20,000 nt of DNA from the IMG/VR virus record IMGVR_UViG_3300033074_001668; one strand, given 5' to 3'. Made by a program: the position numbers and the translations under genes. The notes beneath the pieces are model-generated. The model saw nothing but the letters and a program-made list of their open reading frames with translations. It searched no databases and had not been told where the DNA came from. Source of the stretch: an uncultured virus (IMG/VR IMGVR_UViG_3300033074_001668) (taxonomy: Duplodnaviria > Heunggongvirae > Uroviricota > Caudoviricetes). This document shows positions 1 to 8,371 of the stretch, piece after piece. The first letter of the stretch is position 1; each line of letters starts with the position of its first letter.

Positions 1-1791
1 AATAGGGCGGTAATTAAAGACTTTACTGAAGATATTACTTATAACATTATTACATTATGGATGAAAGTTAATACTTGTAACAAATCTGATGCAATTGAAC
101 AAATGGCATTAAAATATAGTATTAAAATTGACAAAACTGATAAAAAAGAATTTTCTAAATTACAAACAAATGAAACGGTTATAGATTTAATTAAAAGAGT
201 TAATACAGTTGATTTTGTTTATTATAGATTAGCAAATGCATCTAAAAATTGTACAATTAAATCTGTTAAAACTGGAAATTCAAAAACGTTTGATGGATAT
301 AAAATGTTGGCTAGCCACGTTTTAAGATTCCAATTAAAAATTAAAAATCCAGATGAAGAAATGAGAAAAGCATTCGAAGAAGCATTTTTGCAATATGTTA
401 TTATTGATGCATTCGAAGACTTTCTTCCAGGTGGAGATAGAGTATTTGAAGATGATTTTATCCAATATGTTAATATTTGGACAGCATCTGATAGTTATAA
501 AAAATGTTGGGAAGAAGCAGAATCATTACAACCAATGAATATGGATGAGGCATTAAACTTAATTAAAGATGTTTGCCCTACTACATATATATTCTTATTG
601 CAAATTACTCAAAAGGGTGATTTAAAATATTTCTTAAATTGGTTAAATGCTTTATCTAAATTCCAATATCTTCCAATTGTTCCAATCTTCCCTTCTATCG
701 AAGGAGCAGGTAAAAACTTATTTGCAAACGAAGTATTAGCTCCGTACTTAAATAAATGTTATATTACTGTAGCTAATGGTCAAGCAATGCAATCAAACTT
801 TAACTCATTTATGGGATATTCAAACTTAATTATTGCCGATGAGGGAGATTTTACTGGTTCTCGTGAATTTGACCAATTAAAATTATTAACTGGTAATGAT
901 ACGGTTAGGGTTGAGAAAAAAGGTGTTGATGCACAAACAATGGCTAGAAGATTTAATGTATGTATGTTTACGAATGGTACTGAACCAGTTAGACACTCTA
1001 TTACAGATAGAAGATGTGTATACAATAAATTAGAACATACATTAGAAGCAACTTTAACTAAATTAGGCTTTAAATCTATTGATGAATTTAAAGATAAGAT
1101 AGCAGAAGAAATTCATAAGTTTTGGGGAATTATAATTAAAACAAAACTTCATAAACCGTGGATAAATCATAATATTAAAAATGGTCAATACCATTACCAA
1201 ATTTTAATGATGCATCCATTTGGAAAATTAATTTTAAAAATTATTGAAAATAAATGGGACGAAATTTCATTACAATTAAATGAAAAGCAAAAAGAACTTC
1301 AAGATGAAAAAACAAATATGATGTTGTTACAAAATATTGAAAATGCTTTCTTTAATGGCGAAGCACTTCCATTAATTACAATTAATAAATATTTAGATGC
1401 AATGTCTTGGAAATCAAGTACAAGTATTCAAGAGTTTATTAATAGAAATAAACTACAAAATCATGGAATCGAAATTATAGTAGATCATGATAGTATTAAA
1501 ATTAAATTAGATGCTGTTAAGTTACAAGAGTTTATTTTCCAAGAAAATAATCTTTCTGAACTTATTCCAGAATTTGCAGTTGAAAAAATTAAAACATTAG
1601 ATGAATTAAAAGCTGAAATGGAAAAGAAAAGAAATAAGAAAACTCAAACTGGTATTAAAGTAGTAAATAAATATGCAAATGTTCATAATACTACAACTGA
1701 ACCATTTACTGGTCCAGGTTCTGAATCATTTGGTTCTGCACCTAAGTTTGATCCTTCTACAATGCCTACTCTTCCAGGTGGAATAAAATAA
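1..1791 (+). CDS. SF3 (D5/NrS-1-like, DUF5906-type) primase-associated helicase, 5'-truncated by window edge
   Basis: Walker A SIEGAGKN, Walker B IIADE, LKLLTG..VRVEKKG, motif C MFTN, Arg finger DRR. Frame 1 is open from base 1 (NRAVIKDFTEDITYNIITLWM), so the true start is upstream of the window. Pro/Gly-rich C-terminal tail. Confidence 0.85.
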   Translation, partial: NRAVIKDFTEDITYNIITLWMKVNTCNKSDAIEQMALKYSIKIDKTDKKEFSKLQTNETVIDLIKRVNTVDFVYYRLANASKNCTIKSVKTGNSKTFDGYKMLASHVLRFQLKIKNPDEEMRKAFEEAFLQYVIIDAFEDFLPGGDRVFEDDFIQYVNIWTASDSYKKCWEEAESLQPMNMDEALNLIKDVCPTTYIFLLQITQKGDLKYFLNWLNALSKFQYLPIVPIFPSIEGAGKNLFANEVLAPYLNKCYITVANGQAMQSNFNSFMGYSNLIIADEGDFTGSREFDQLKLLTGNDTVRVEKKGVDAQTMARRFNVCMFTNGTEPVRHSITDRRCVYNKLEHTLEATLTKLGFKSIDEFKDKIAEEIHKFWGIIIKTKLHKPWINHNIKNGQYHYQILMMHPFGKLILKIIENKWDEISLQLNEKQKELQDEKTNMMLLQNIENAFFNGEALPLITINKYLDAMSWKSSTSIQEFINRNKLQNHGIEIIVDHDSIKIKLDAVKLQEFIFQENNLSELIPEFAVEKIKTLDELKAEMEKKRNKKTQTGIKVVNKYANVHNTTTEPFTGPGSESFGSAPKFDPSTMPTLPGGIK

Positions 1792-1800
1792 GGAAAGAAA

Positions 1801-3123
1801 GTGAAAAATACTGTAATATTAGAAATGACGGAGTTGGTAGATAACTCCGATTTTAAAGGTTTACCAAGAGTAACTAATCCCCAAACATTTGGACAGAATA
1901 ATATTCCAACTCCAGATGGTTTGTACTCGGAAATTATTTTTGGTAGAAACCTAAAAGATCAAAGTTCAAAATTTGCATATATTGAATTAGGAACATTAAT
2001 TCTTAGTCCAGACGTTTATAATAATATTAATAGATTAGATCCATTATTTAAAAAGATTATTGATCCAAAAATGGAAACAAAAGCTATTTTACAAAATGGA
2101 ATTTTAATTGAATCTGATAGTGGGAAACGTGGTGCTGGATGGTTACATTCAATATGGGATCAAATTGATTTTGATAAATACCAAAAACCTGGTTTAAAAG
2201 ATAATTCATATCAATTTAAAGAACTTAAAAAAGAGCAATTGTTCTTAACGAAGTGGATTGTAATTCCTCCATTATTTAGACCATATATGGAAGAACGAGG
2301 GGTAATGAAAGAAGATCATATTACTGGTCTTTATAAAGAGATTTTGAGATTATCTACAACACAAAAAGGTCAAAATCCCTATCTTGATAAATTACTTGAT
2401 AATAATTCTAAGTCGGAATTAATTCAATCAAAAATTATTGAATTACATGATCATATAATTAGTTTAATTGATAAATCTACTGGAGCTCAGGAACAAAAAT
2501 TAGTTGGTAAAAGACAAAATAATGTTGCAAGACTTGTTGCAAATGCATCTCCAAGAATTCCATTAAGTGGGGTTGGTTTACCGTGGCATTATTTATTAGG
2601 ATTATTTGATAAACATGTTATTGCAGAAATTCAAAATTCTAAACAAAAAGAAGAAATTTTTAAAATTTTAGAATTACCAATGAATACTACTCCAGAAGAA
2701 TTTGGTCAATATTTTGATTACGTTGCTAGAAATGCAGATGTTTATACTGAGAGTCCTGGTGGAGATAAAAAGAAACAATTATTTATTGATTTACTTATGG
2801 ATATATTTGAAAAAAATCCATCATTAAAAGTAATGCTTAAACGGGATCCAGCGTGGGATAAGTTTTCTTATCATTCATTAAATCCAATTATCATTACAAC
2901 TAATGCTTATCACGTAGTAACTAACTCTATGATTTATAAACCAATTGGTGGAGATAGTTTTACTACAAAAGTTTGTGGGATGATTCAACCAATTAGAAAT
3001 TCTATTTTAATTTCTAAAGAAGTTCCAAAAAGTAAAACAAAATATCAGATTAAATTAATTGATAAAAATAAAGCGATTACTATGAAATCAATGCAACATT
3101 ATATGGAAAAATTAATTAAATAA
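1801..3123 (+). CDS. rpoC: DNA-directed RNA polymerase beta' subunit, N-terminal part (clamp + DPBB) with degenerate catalytic motif
   Basis: Collinear beta' motifs: DGLYSEIIFG, AYIELG, VIPPLFRP, LVGKRQNNVAR, VGLPWHYLLGLF, VMLKRDP (= VLLNRAP), IYKPIGGDSFTT (aligns to VCAAYNADFDGD). GTG start with AAGGA RBS. Confidence 0.9.
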   Translation: MKNTVILEMTELVDNSDFKGLPRVTNPQTFGQNNIPTPDGLYSEIIFGRNLKDQSSKFAYIELGTLILSPDVYNNINRLDPLFKKIIDPKMETKAILQNGILIESDSGKRGAGWLHSIWDQIDFDKYQKPGLKDNSYQFKELKKEQLFLTKWIVIPPLFRPYMEERGVMKEDHITGLYKEILRLSTTQKGQNPYLDKLLDNNSKSELIQSKIIELHDHIISLIDKSTGAQEQKLVGKRQNNVARLVANASPRIPLSGVGLPWHYLLGLFDKHVIAEIQNSKQKEEIFKILELPMNTTPEEFGQYFDYVARNADVYTESPGGDKKKQLFIDLLMDIFEKNPSLKVMLKRDPAWDKFSYHSLNPIIITTNAYHVVTNSMIYKPIGGDSFTTKVCGMIQPIRNSILISKEVPKSKTKYQIKLIDKNKAITMKSMQHYMEKLIK

Positions 3124-3131
3124 GGACAACA

Positions 3132-4289
3132 ATGATAGAAAGACATCAGGTTGATAATGGTAATTTTCTAATACCATCTGGAGCTCAGTATCCAGAATGG
3201 GCAATTGATAGAATAAATAAATTCCAGGAGACAATTTATTCTATCTCAAATGCTCATAGAGAACCAAATGAACAAGCTTTAAAATCATTTACCGCTGCCT
3301 TAGAAACATATATAATTCCTGCAGGGGTTAAAATAACGAAAGCTTTAACTAAACCAGAAATAAATAAATTAATCCAATCGTATGCAAAAGTTCTTAATGA
3401 TGAAGAATTTCCAGTATATATTTGGTTATTAATGAATGCTGGCTTTTATTTATCAACAATTCTTCCAACTTGTATAGATGAAGATTCTTTAACTGTTCCG
3501 GAAGTAATAAAAGAACGAAGATTGAAATCTATTGAGGATTTTAAAAAGACTGGGAATAAACAAGCTTATTTAAAAGAGATTCAAGAAATATCAAAAGAAG
3601 TTTTAGTTTATATGACATCTATCGATAATGCTTTTGGGGATTTTATTAATTCTAAAGCAAACGGATCTTTGGACCACATTCAAGAACTATTAGTTGGTAT
3701 TGGATTAGCATTTAATACTAAGGGTGAGATAATTGATACAATTACTAATTGTTTAGTTGATGGTGTTACACAAACGGATTATTTTAGTAAAGGTTCTACT
3801 GGAATTGGTGCATTATTTGCTAAATCAAGTGAAACTGCGAAACCTGGTTATTTAGGTAAAAAATTATCAAATATGTGTGAAAAAGTTAAACTATCAAATG
3901 ATAGAGACTGTGGAACAAAAAGATTGTTAAAAATAAATACTAAAAATAAAGATTTTTTAGAATCATTTATTGGTCAATTATATAGTCCAAAAAATACTCC
4001 AACTGATTTAAAAGAATTTAGTAAAGAAGATATTAGTTCTTTTATTTCTAAAGATATTTATTTTAGAGCTCCACCTTATTGTAAATCTCCTGGACATAAC
4101 ATTTGTTTTAATTGTTATAATCAAGAGTTTATAAGAAACCATAATTTAAAAGCTGGAGATAATATTGGTTTATACGCAAGTACTGGTTTAACTGGAAGCC
4201 TTGTATCATTAACCCTTAAAAAATCTCACGTTGGTATTAACTTAAAAACCGAAAAGGTAAATTTTCTTAAAGATTTAGGAATAGAATAA
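3132..4289 (+). CDS. rpoC: RNA polymerase beta' subunit, second part (funnel, bridge helix, Zn site, trigger loop)
   Basis: SKANGS (= SGARGS), TAKPGYLGKKL (= TANSGYLTRRL), DCGT, RAPPYC..ICFNCY (= RSVVSC..VCAHCY), GDNIG, LTLKKSHVG (= LTMRTFHIG). AAGGA RBS. Confidence 0.9.
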   Translation: MIERHQVDNGNFLIPSGAQYPEWAIDRINKFQETIYSISNAHREPNEQALKSFTAALETYIIPAGVKITKALTKPEINKLIQSYAKVLNDEEFPVYIWLLMNAGFYLSTILPTCIDEDSLTVPEVIKERRLKSIEDFKKTGNKQAYLKEIQEISKEVLVYMTSIDNAFGDFINSKANGSLDHIQELLVGIGLAFNTKGEIIDTITNCLVDGVTQTDYFSKGSTGIGALFAKSSETAKPGYLGKKLSNMCEKVKLSNDRDCGTKRLLKINTKNKDFLESFIGQLYSPKNTPTDLKEFSKEDISSFISKDIYFRAPPYCKSPGHNICFNCYNQEFIRNHNLKAGDNIGLYASTGLTGSLVSLTLKKSHVGINLKTEKVNFLKDLGIE

Positions 4290-4301
4290 GGATTTTTAAA
4301 T

Positions 4302-4622
4302 ATGAAAATATTTATTGCTGAGGGGTATTTAGAAGATACCCCAAAACCAAATAAGATTAAACGTTTATTTATTTGCGAAAAAGAAGAAGACACTATTTCA
4401 AAAACAAATATATCAAATCATCTTAACAAAAATTTTACAATTTCTTTAGATAGACTCGAATTCTTAATTGATTCTGAAGATACATATAATGAAATCTATT
4501 TAGTTGGGGAAGTTTTTTCAACTATTGATATAGAAACATGCGAGGATCTAAAACAAATATGTTATGAGTTGTGGTCTATAGACGAAGAAGATTATACAAT
4601 TGAAGAAATTTTAAAATATTAA
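4302..4622 (+). CDS. hypothetical acidic protein, last gene of helicase/RNAP operon
   Basis: AAGGA RBS, 106 aa, Glu/Asp-rich, no recognised motif. Confidence 0.7.
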   Translation: MKIFIAEGYLEDTPKPNKIKRLFICEKEEDTISKTNISNHLNKNFTISLDRLEFLIDSEDTYNEIYLVGEVFSTIDIETCEDLKQICYELWSIDEEDYTIEEILKY

Positions 4623-4632
4623 AGCAACAAAA

Positions 4633-4661
4633 AATAACCCTCCCATAATGGGAGGGTTATT
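4633..4661. terminator. intrinsic terminator between convergent operons (probably bidirectional)
   Basis: Perfect 13-bp stem AATAACCCTCCCA-taa-TGGGAGGGTTATT. The A-run on the left gives a U-tract on the minus strand. Confidence 0.85.
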
Positions 4662-4670
4662 CAACCGTGT

Positions 4671-4901
4671 TTATAACGCACAATATAAAATTAATACCAA
4701 ACATACTAAAGCAAAAATCATTCCAATTATTAAAAAGGTTTGAAAAATTGATGCCAGTATTGTTCCAATAGCTAAATATAATTGCCAATTTTGCATCCCA
4801 TCTAATATAGACGGATTAGCAGATACAATTGAAGTAACTTTATATGCAAAGTATATAATGGACATTACTAAAATATAAATAATTACATATTTGAGTTTCA
4901 T
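4671..4901 (-). CDS. small membrane protein (2 TM)
   Basis: Two long hydrophobic segments; TAATG overlap with the upstream gene. Confidence 0.7.
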   Translation of the reverse strand: MKLKYVIIYILVMSIIYFAYKVTSIVSANPSILDGMQNWQLYLAIGTILASIFQTFLIIGMIFALVCLVLILYCAL

Positions 4902-5299
4902 TAATAACTCCTATATCCACCATAATATGGTAATCTAGAATTATTTATTGCATCAATAATTGAATCTCTATTATGCCGTACGCAAGTATTTAAATCTCCA
5001 TAATAAGCGAATTCTTTATCCGCAGCAAAATTTCCCGATACAAAAATTAACCCTTTTAATTCTGGATGCTTTTTCATTTTGAATCTTCCACTTTTAATAT
5101 CACTTATTATAGCTTCTCTTTCTTTAATTGAAACCTCTTCACAATTTGTTCCAGATTCATATTTAAATCTAAATGAACCCATTCCAACATCATATTTTGA
5201 AATGGTTGAATCATATTTAGATTCACTTTTATTTGCCCAACCAAATCCTTCACCAAAACCATAACTGAGAATAAGAACTAACCAAATAAGTTTTTTCAT
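4901..5299 (-). CDS. putative secreted protein, paralogue of 5296-5610
   Basis: Start re-called at 5299 (MKKLIWLVLIL.., ATGA overlap with upstream stop); signal-peptide-like N-terminus. Confidence 0.7.
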   Translation of the reverse strand: MKKLIWLVLILSYGFGEGFGWANKSESKYDSTISKYDVGMGSFRFKYESGTNCEEVSIKEREAIISDIKSGRFKMKKHPELKGLIFVSGNFAADKEFAYYGDLNTCVRHNRDSIIDAINNSRLPYYGGYRSY

Positions 5300-5610
5300 T
5301 TCGTCTTCCCATTGTTGTTCATAATTACTTCGTAAAGGTCTGCACCACAATCTTCATAATCTTCATACATATTTACTTTACTTTTATCAGTTTCAATAAT
5401 TATATATTCTGACCATTTTGAATCTGGTTTAGAAATTTTAACTTTACCCTCTTTCATTTTTAATCTAATTGTTTCAACCTCATTTTTTGAAACTGGAATA
5501 CAATTCCCAATTCTTAAATCTGGTTTGTATTTTAATTTATCAACAATATCTTCAGCATAAAGCCCACTAAGAATTCCAGCAACACAAATTAAACTAACTA
5601 ACTTTTTCAT
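5296..5610 (-). CDS. putative secreted protein
   Basis: MKKLVSLICVAGILSGLYA signal peptide; AAGGA RBS. Confidence 0.75.
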   Translation of the reverse strand: MKKLVSLICVAGILSGLYAEDIVDKLKYKPDLRIGNCIPVSKNEVETIRLKMKEGKVKISKPDSKWSEYIIIETDKSKVNMYEDYEDCGADLYEVIMNNNGKTK

Positions 5611-5619
5611 TTTCTTTCC

Positions 5620-6414
5620 TTACAAATCTTTATTTATTTTTGGGTAATTTTCATTACAACATTTCTTTAAATGACCTTTTCGATGCTTATATTTTAAAAC
5701 ATCCATATAATCATAATCTTTTAATCTACTTAGCCCATCTTTAACTAATTCTGGAACCAGATTACATTTCATCGATGGATTAAAGCCATTGATTTCTAAA
5801 AGAATATCATCTTCTACTTTTAATGCTGAATCTCTGCCATCATGAGCAAGTCTTTTTAAAAGAGAATATTTACTCAACCCACTAAAAGAATCATTTTTCT
5901 TTTGTGAATTTTTTAATGATTTAATTTTTAGATAATCTTTTTGGAATATAATCATTCCACCTTTATTCATTGGAAAAGGTTTACTATTTCCGAATGATAA
6001 AACTAAATAATCAATTCCTTCAAAACCATTACCAAATATACTAGGTAACTCCCCAACTGGTAAATACCCAGCAGAATCCACTATATTATGAACTTGATAA
6101 TAATGATCCCAATCATAATCTACTAATTCAATTTTACTGAATCTCGATAAGACATTTTTTACCGAAACATAAGTTTGATTTGGAATTACAACTTTTGTAT
6201 TCTTATCAAACTTATTTTCTAGGTTATTTACCATACAACAAAGCTCAATTGCATTTGTTGCAGAATCAACTAAAACAGCTTTATAATCTTTTTGATAATC
6301 TTTTCCTTCACATAAGAAATTAAGCATTAATCTTTCAAACTCTAAAATTGTATTATTTGGATTTCCATCTATTAATCCAGAAACTGGATTACATGTTATT
6401 GTTGATACCCTCAT
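5620..6414 (-). CDS. DegT/DnrJ/EryC1/StrS-family PLP-dependent aminotransferase (short form)
   Basis: AVLVDSATNAIEL, VVIPNQTYVSV, IVDSA (PLP-binding Asp), SFGNSKP (catalytic Lys), GGMI, LAHDGRD. Confidence 0.8.
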   Translation of the reverse strand: MRVSTITCNPVSGLIDGNPNNTILEFERLMLNFLCEGKDYQKDYKAVLVDSATNAIELCCMVNNLENKFDKNTKVVIPNQTYVSVKNVLSRFSKIELVDYDWDHYYQVHNIVDSAGYLPVGELPSIFGNGFEGIDYLVLSFGNSKPFPMNKGGMIIFQKDYLKIKSLKNSQKKNDSFSGLSKYSLLKRLAHDGRDSALKVEDDILLEINGFNPSMKCNLVPELVKDGLSRLKDYDYMDVLKYKHRKGHLKKCCNENYPKINKDL

Positions 6415-7505
6415 CTTTTTCTCCCTAATCCAGGCAATTCCGGTAACGGTATATGTGGAATATTTATTTTTTCTCTATCAGTTTCCGTTGCAGCAAAACT
6501 TAAATGTCTCATAATTGCACTTTTTGTTTCCGTAATAAATGATCTACTTTTAATTCTATTATAATCAATAGCATCCAATACATTATTTTTACTCCAATAT
6601 CTATATTTATATAATGTTAATGGAATTGATCCAATATTTACAACATTACAATGCATAAACATATTTGGAAATATTCCAGATAACATTTTAATTCCAGAAC
6701 CTTCGATAAAATCATTATCAATTTTTTCATCTATAATTCTAACGATTGGAATTGAATTACATAATGCATCAAATATGATATTTGGAAATGGATCTTTATG
6801 ATTTGGATGAGTATATAAAAATGCATCAACATCTAATTTCTCATTTTGTAAATCAATATCATTATCCAAACCATATAACTTAAATTTGATTTTACCATTC
6901 AATCTTAAAAGAATATCATCATAAATTTTAGTTTGATATGGGCAAGTATCTTTTCTATAATAAATACCTACTGTTATATTCGGACTCTTTTTAATTAACC
7001 TATCAAACGATGCAAGAATTTCTTCATTGCTTCGATTTTGAGTAAATTTAAAGAACTTAGGAAAATACTTCATGTTCTTATTTAACGAATATGGTCTAGT
7101 TTGAGCATATTCGTTCACGAACTCATAAGGATATTTACCTTTAACATTTCCTTTAGAAAAACATATATCATATTTTCTTGCGATCAATGGATACATTCCT
7201 CTTGTTTCAATATCTTGAACAAAATTAAATGAGAACAAAATTTTATCCCTAAACAACTTATTTTTATAAAGCTCTTTAATTTCATTTACTTCTACTCTTA
7301 AACATTGGAAACTAAGATACGATTCTTTTTTATGGAATTCATCGAAGAATCTTTCGAATGCAATAACTGAAGCAATTTGACCACGCATTCTACCATAATC
7401 TTTATAAATCAATGGTATTATGTAACGATATGAATTTAAGAATAGTTCAAATTCTTTACTCTTAAAATCCATTTTATTTCTATTGTCATTAATGCTATCT
7501 TTCAT
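6411..7505 (-). CDS. putative GT-B glycosyltransferase
   Basis: DAFLYTHPNHKDPFPNIIFDALCNSIPIV resembles the GT4/group-1 D....S..E.F......EA...G.PV motif; ATGA-coupled to the aminotransferase. Confidence 0.6.
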   Translation of the reverse strand: MKDSINDNRNKMDFKSKEFELFLNSYRYIIPLIYKDYGRMRGQIASVIAFERFFDEFHKKESYLSFQCLRVEVNEIKELYKNKLFRDKILFSFNFVQDIETRGMYPLIARKYDICFSKGNVKGKYPYEFVNEYAQTRPYSLNKNMKYFPKFFKFTQNRSNEEILASFDRLIKKSPNITVGIYYRKDTCPYQTKIYDDILLRLNGKIKFKLYGLDNDIDLQNEKLDVDAFLYTHPNHKDPFPNIIFDALCNSIPIVRIIDEKIDNDFIEGSGIKMLSGIFPNMFMHCNVVNIGSIPLTLYKYRYWSKNNVLDAIDYNRIKSRSFITETKSAIMRHLSFAATETDREKINIPHIPLPELPGLGRKR

Positions 7506-7920
7506 CTTGTTCCGGTCCTTGTATTTTTTCTAATTCCAATTTCTCTACTGGAAGGGCTTCATTTGGTTCATCTATCCAATCTTCATATCTAACCATCTTT
7601 TGTTCTTTCTTTTGAGGCTTTTGCGTTTGCTCTTTTTGCTTAAGTTTTTCTTTTTCTTCCGCAATTTTGGCTTGCTTTTCAATTTCCAATTGTTTTGGTT
7701 TATTTCTTTTTTCCTCTATTAATTTGATTACTTCATCAAATTCTTTAGATGAATTATTTTGTTTAATGATTTCTTTTTGAACAATTTCTTTATTTTGCTC
7801 AAGAGTTTTTTTATCTGGAGTATAATCATTAACCAATAGATAAGCCGAATAACAAATGAATCCAAAAAAGAATACTAATAGTAATAGTATTTTTTTAGTA
7901 ATTGATTTAAATCCTGCCAT
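7495..7920 (-). CDS. membrane-anchored coiled-coil hypothetical protein
   Basis: N-terminal TM helix followed by a K/E/Q-rich helical region. Confidence 0.7.
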   Translation of the reverse strand: MAGFKSITKKILLLLVFFFGFICYSAYLLVNDYTPDKKTLEQNKEIVQKEIIKQNNSSKEFDEVIKLIEEKRNKPKQLEIEKQAKIAEEKEKLKQKEQTQKPQKKEQKMVRYEDWIDEPNEALPVEKLELEKIQGPEQDER

Positions 7921-8369
7921 TAATGGCTCCTAATATCAGTTATGATATAATCGTAGCCGCTTGTTTTCGATGACGAATAAGTTTTCTTATAAAATAGTTT
8001 ACTTGTTCCTTCCGCATCAATTCCAAATTGTTCATTTACCCACCATACACAAGTCAGTAAATGATTTCCAGGGTTATTTTCATCTATTACTGTATCAAAT
8101 ATTTCTCTCTCATTTTTGATATAGTAATTTCCCCTAATTGAAAATCTAACTTTTCCAGAATTAAGAAATAGAATTTCTTTAAATTTTTCGTCAACAGTAT
8201 TAAATAGTTTTAGAATATCTGGATTCATTTGTTTATCAATATTTTTTGGGTCAAATGTATTAATCTCTGACCCATCCTTATCTACCTCTTTAACCAGAAA
8301 TAATCCTGGTTGAAACTTTCCAAAGCATGAAAAGAATTTTATAATTTTCTCTTTCTCTTTTATACACAT
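7920..8369 (-). CDS. hypothetical protein
   Basis: 149 aa ORF tightly packed in the operon (TAATG overlap). Confidence 0.65.
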   Translation of the reverse strand: MCIKEKEKIIKFFSCFGKFQPGLFLVKEVDKDGSEINTFDPKNIDKQMNPDILKLFNTVDEKFKEILFLNSGKVRFSIRGNYYIKNEREIFDTVIDENNPGNHLLTCVWWVNEQFGIDAEGTSKLFYKKTYSSSKTSGYDYIITDIRSH

Positions 8370-8371
8370 TT

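Noticed and set aside
2941..3160. Frameshift or cis-intron restoring DxDGD
   Set aside because: Alternative frames hit stops quickly and encode no DGD. The gap to the next gene is short and I saw no group I/II intron features.
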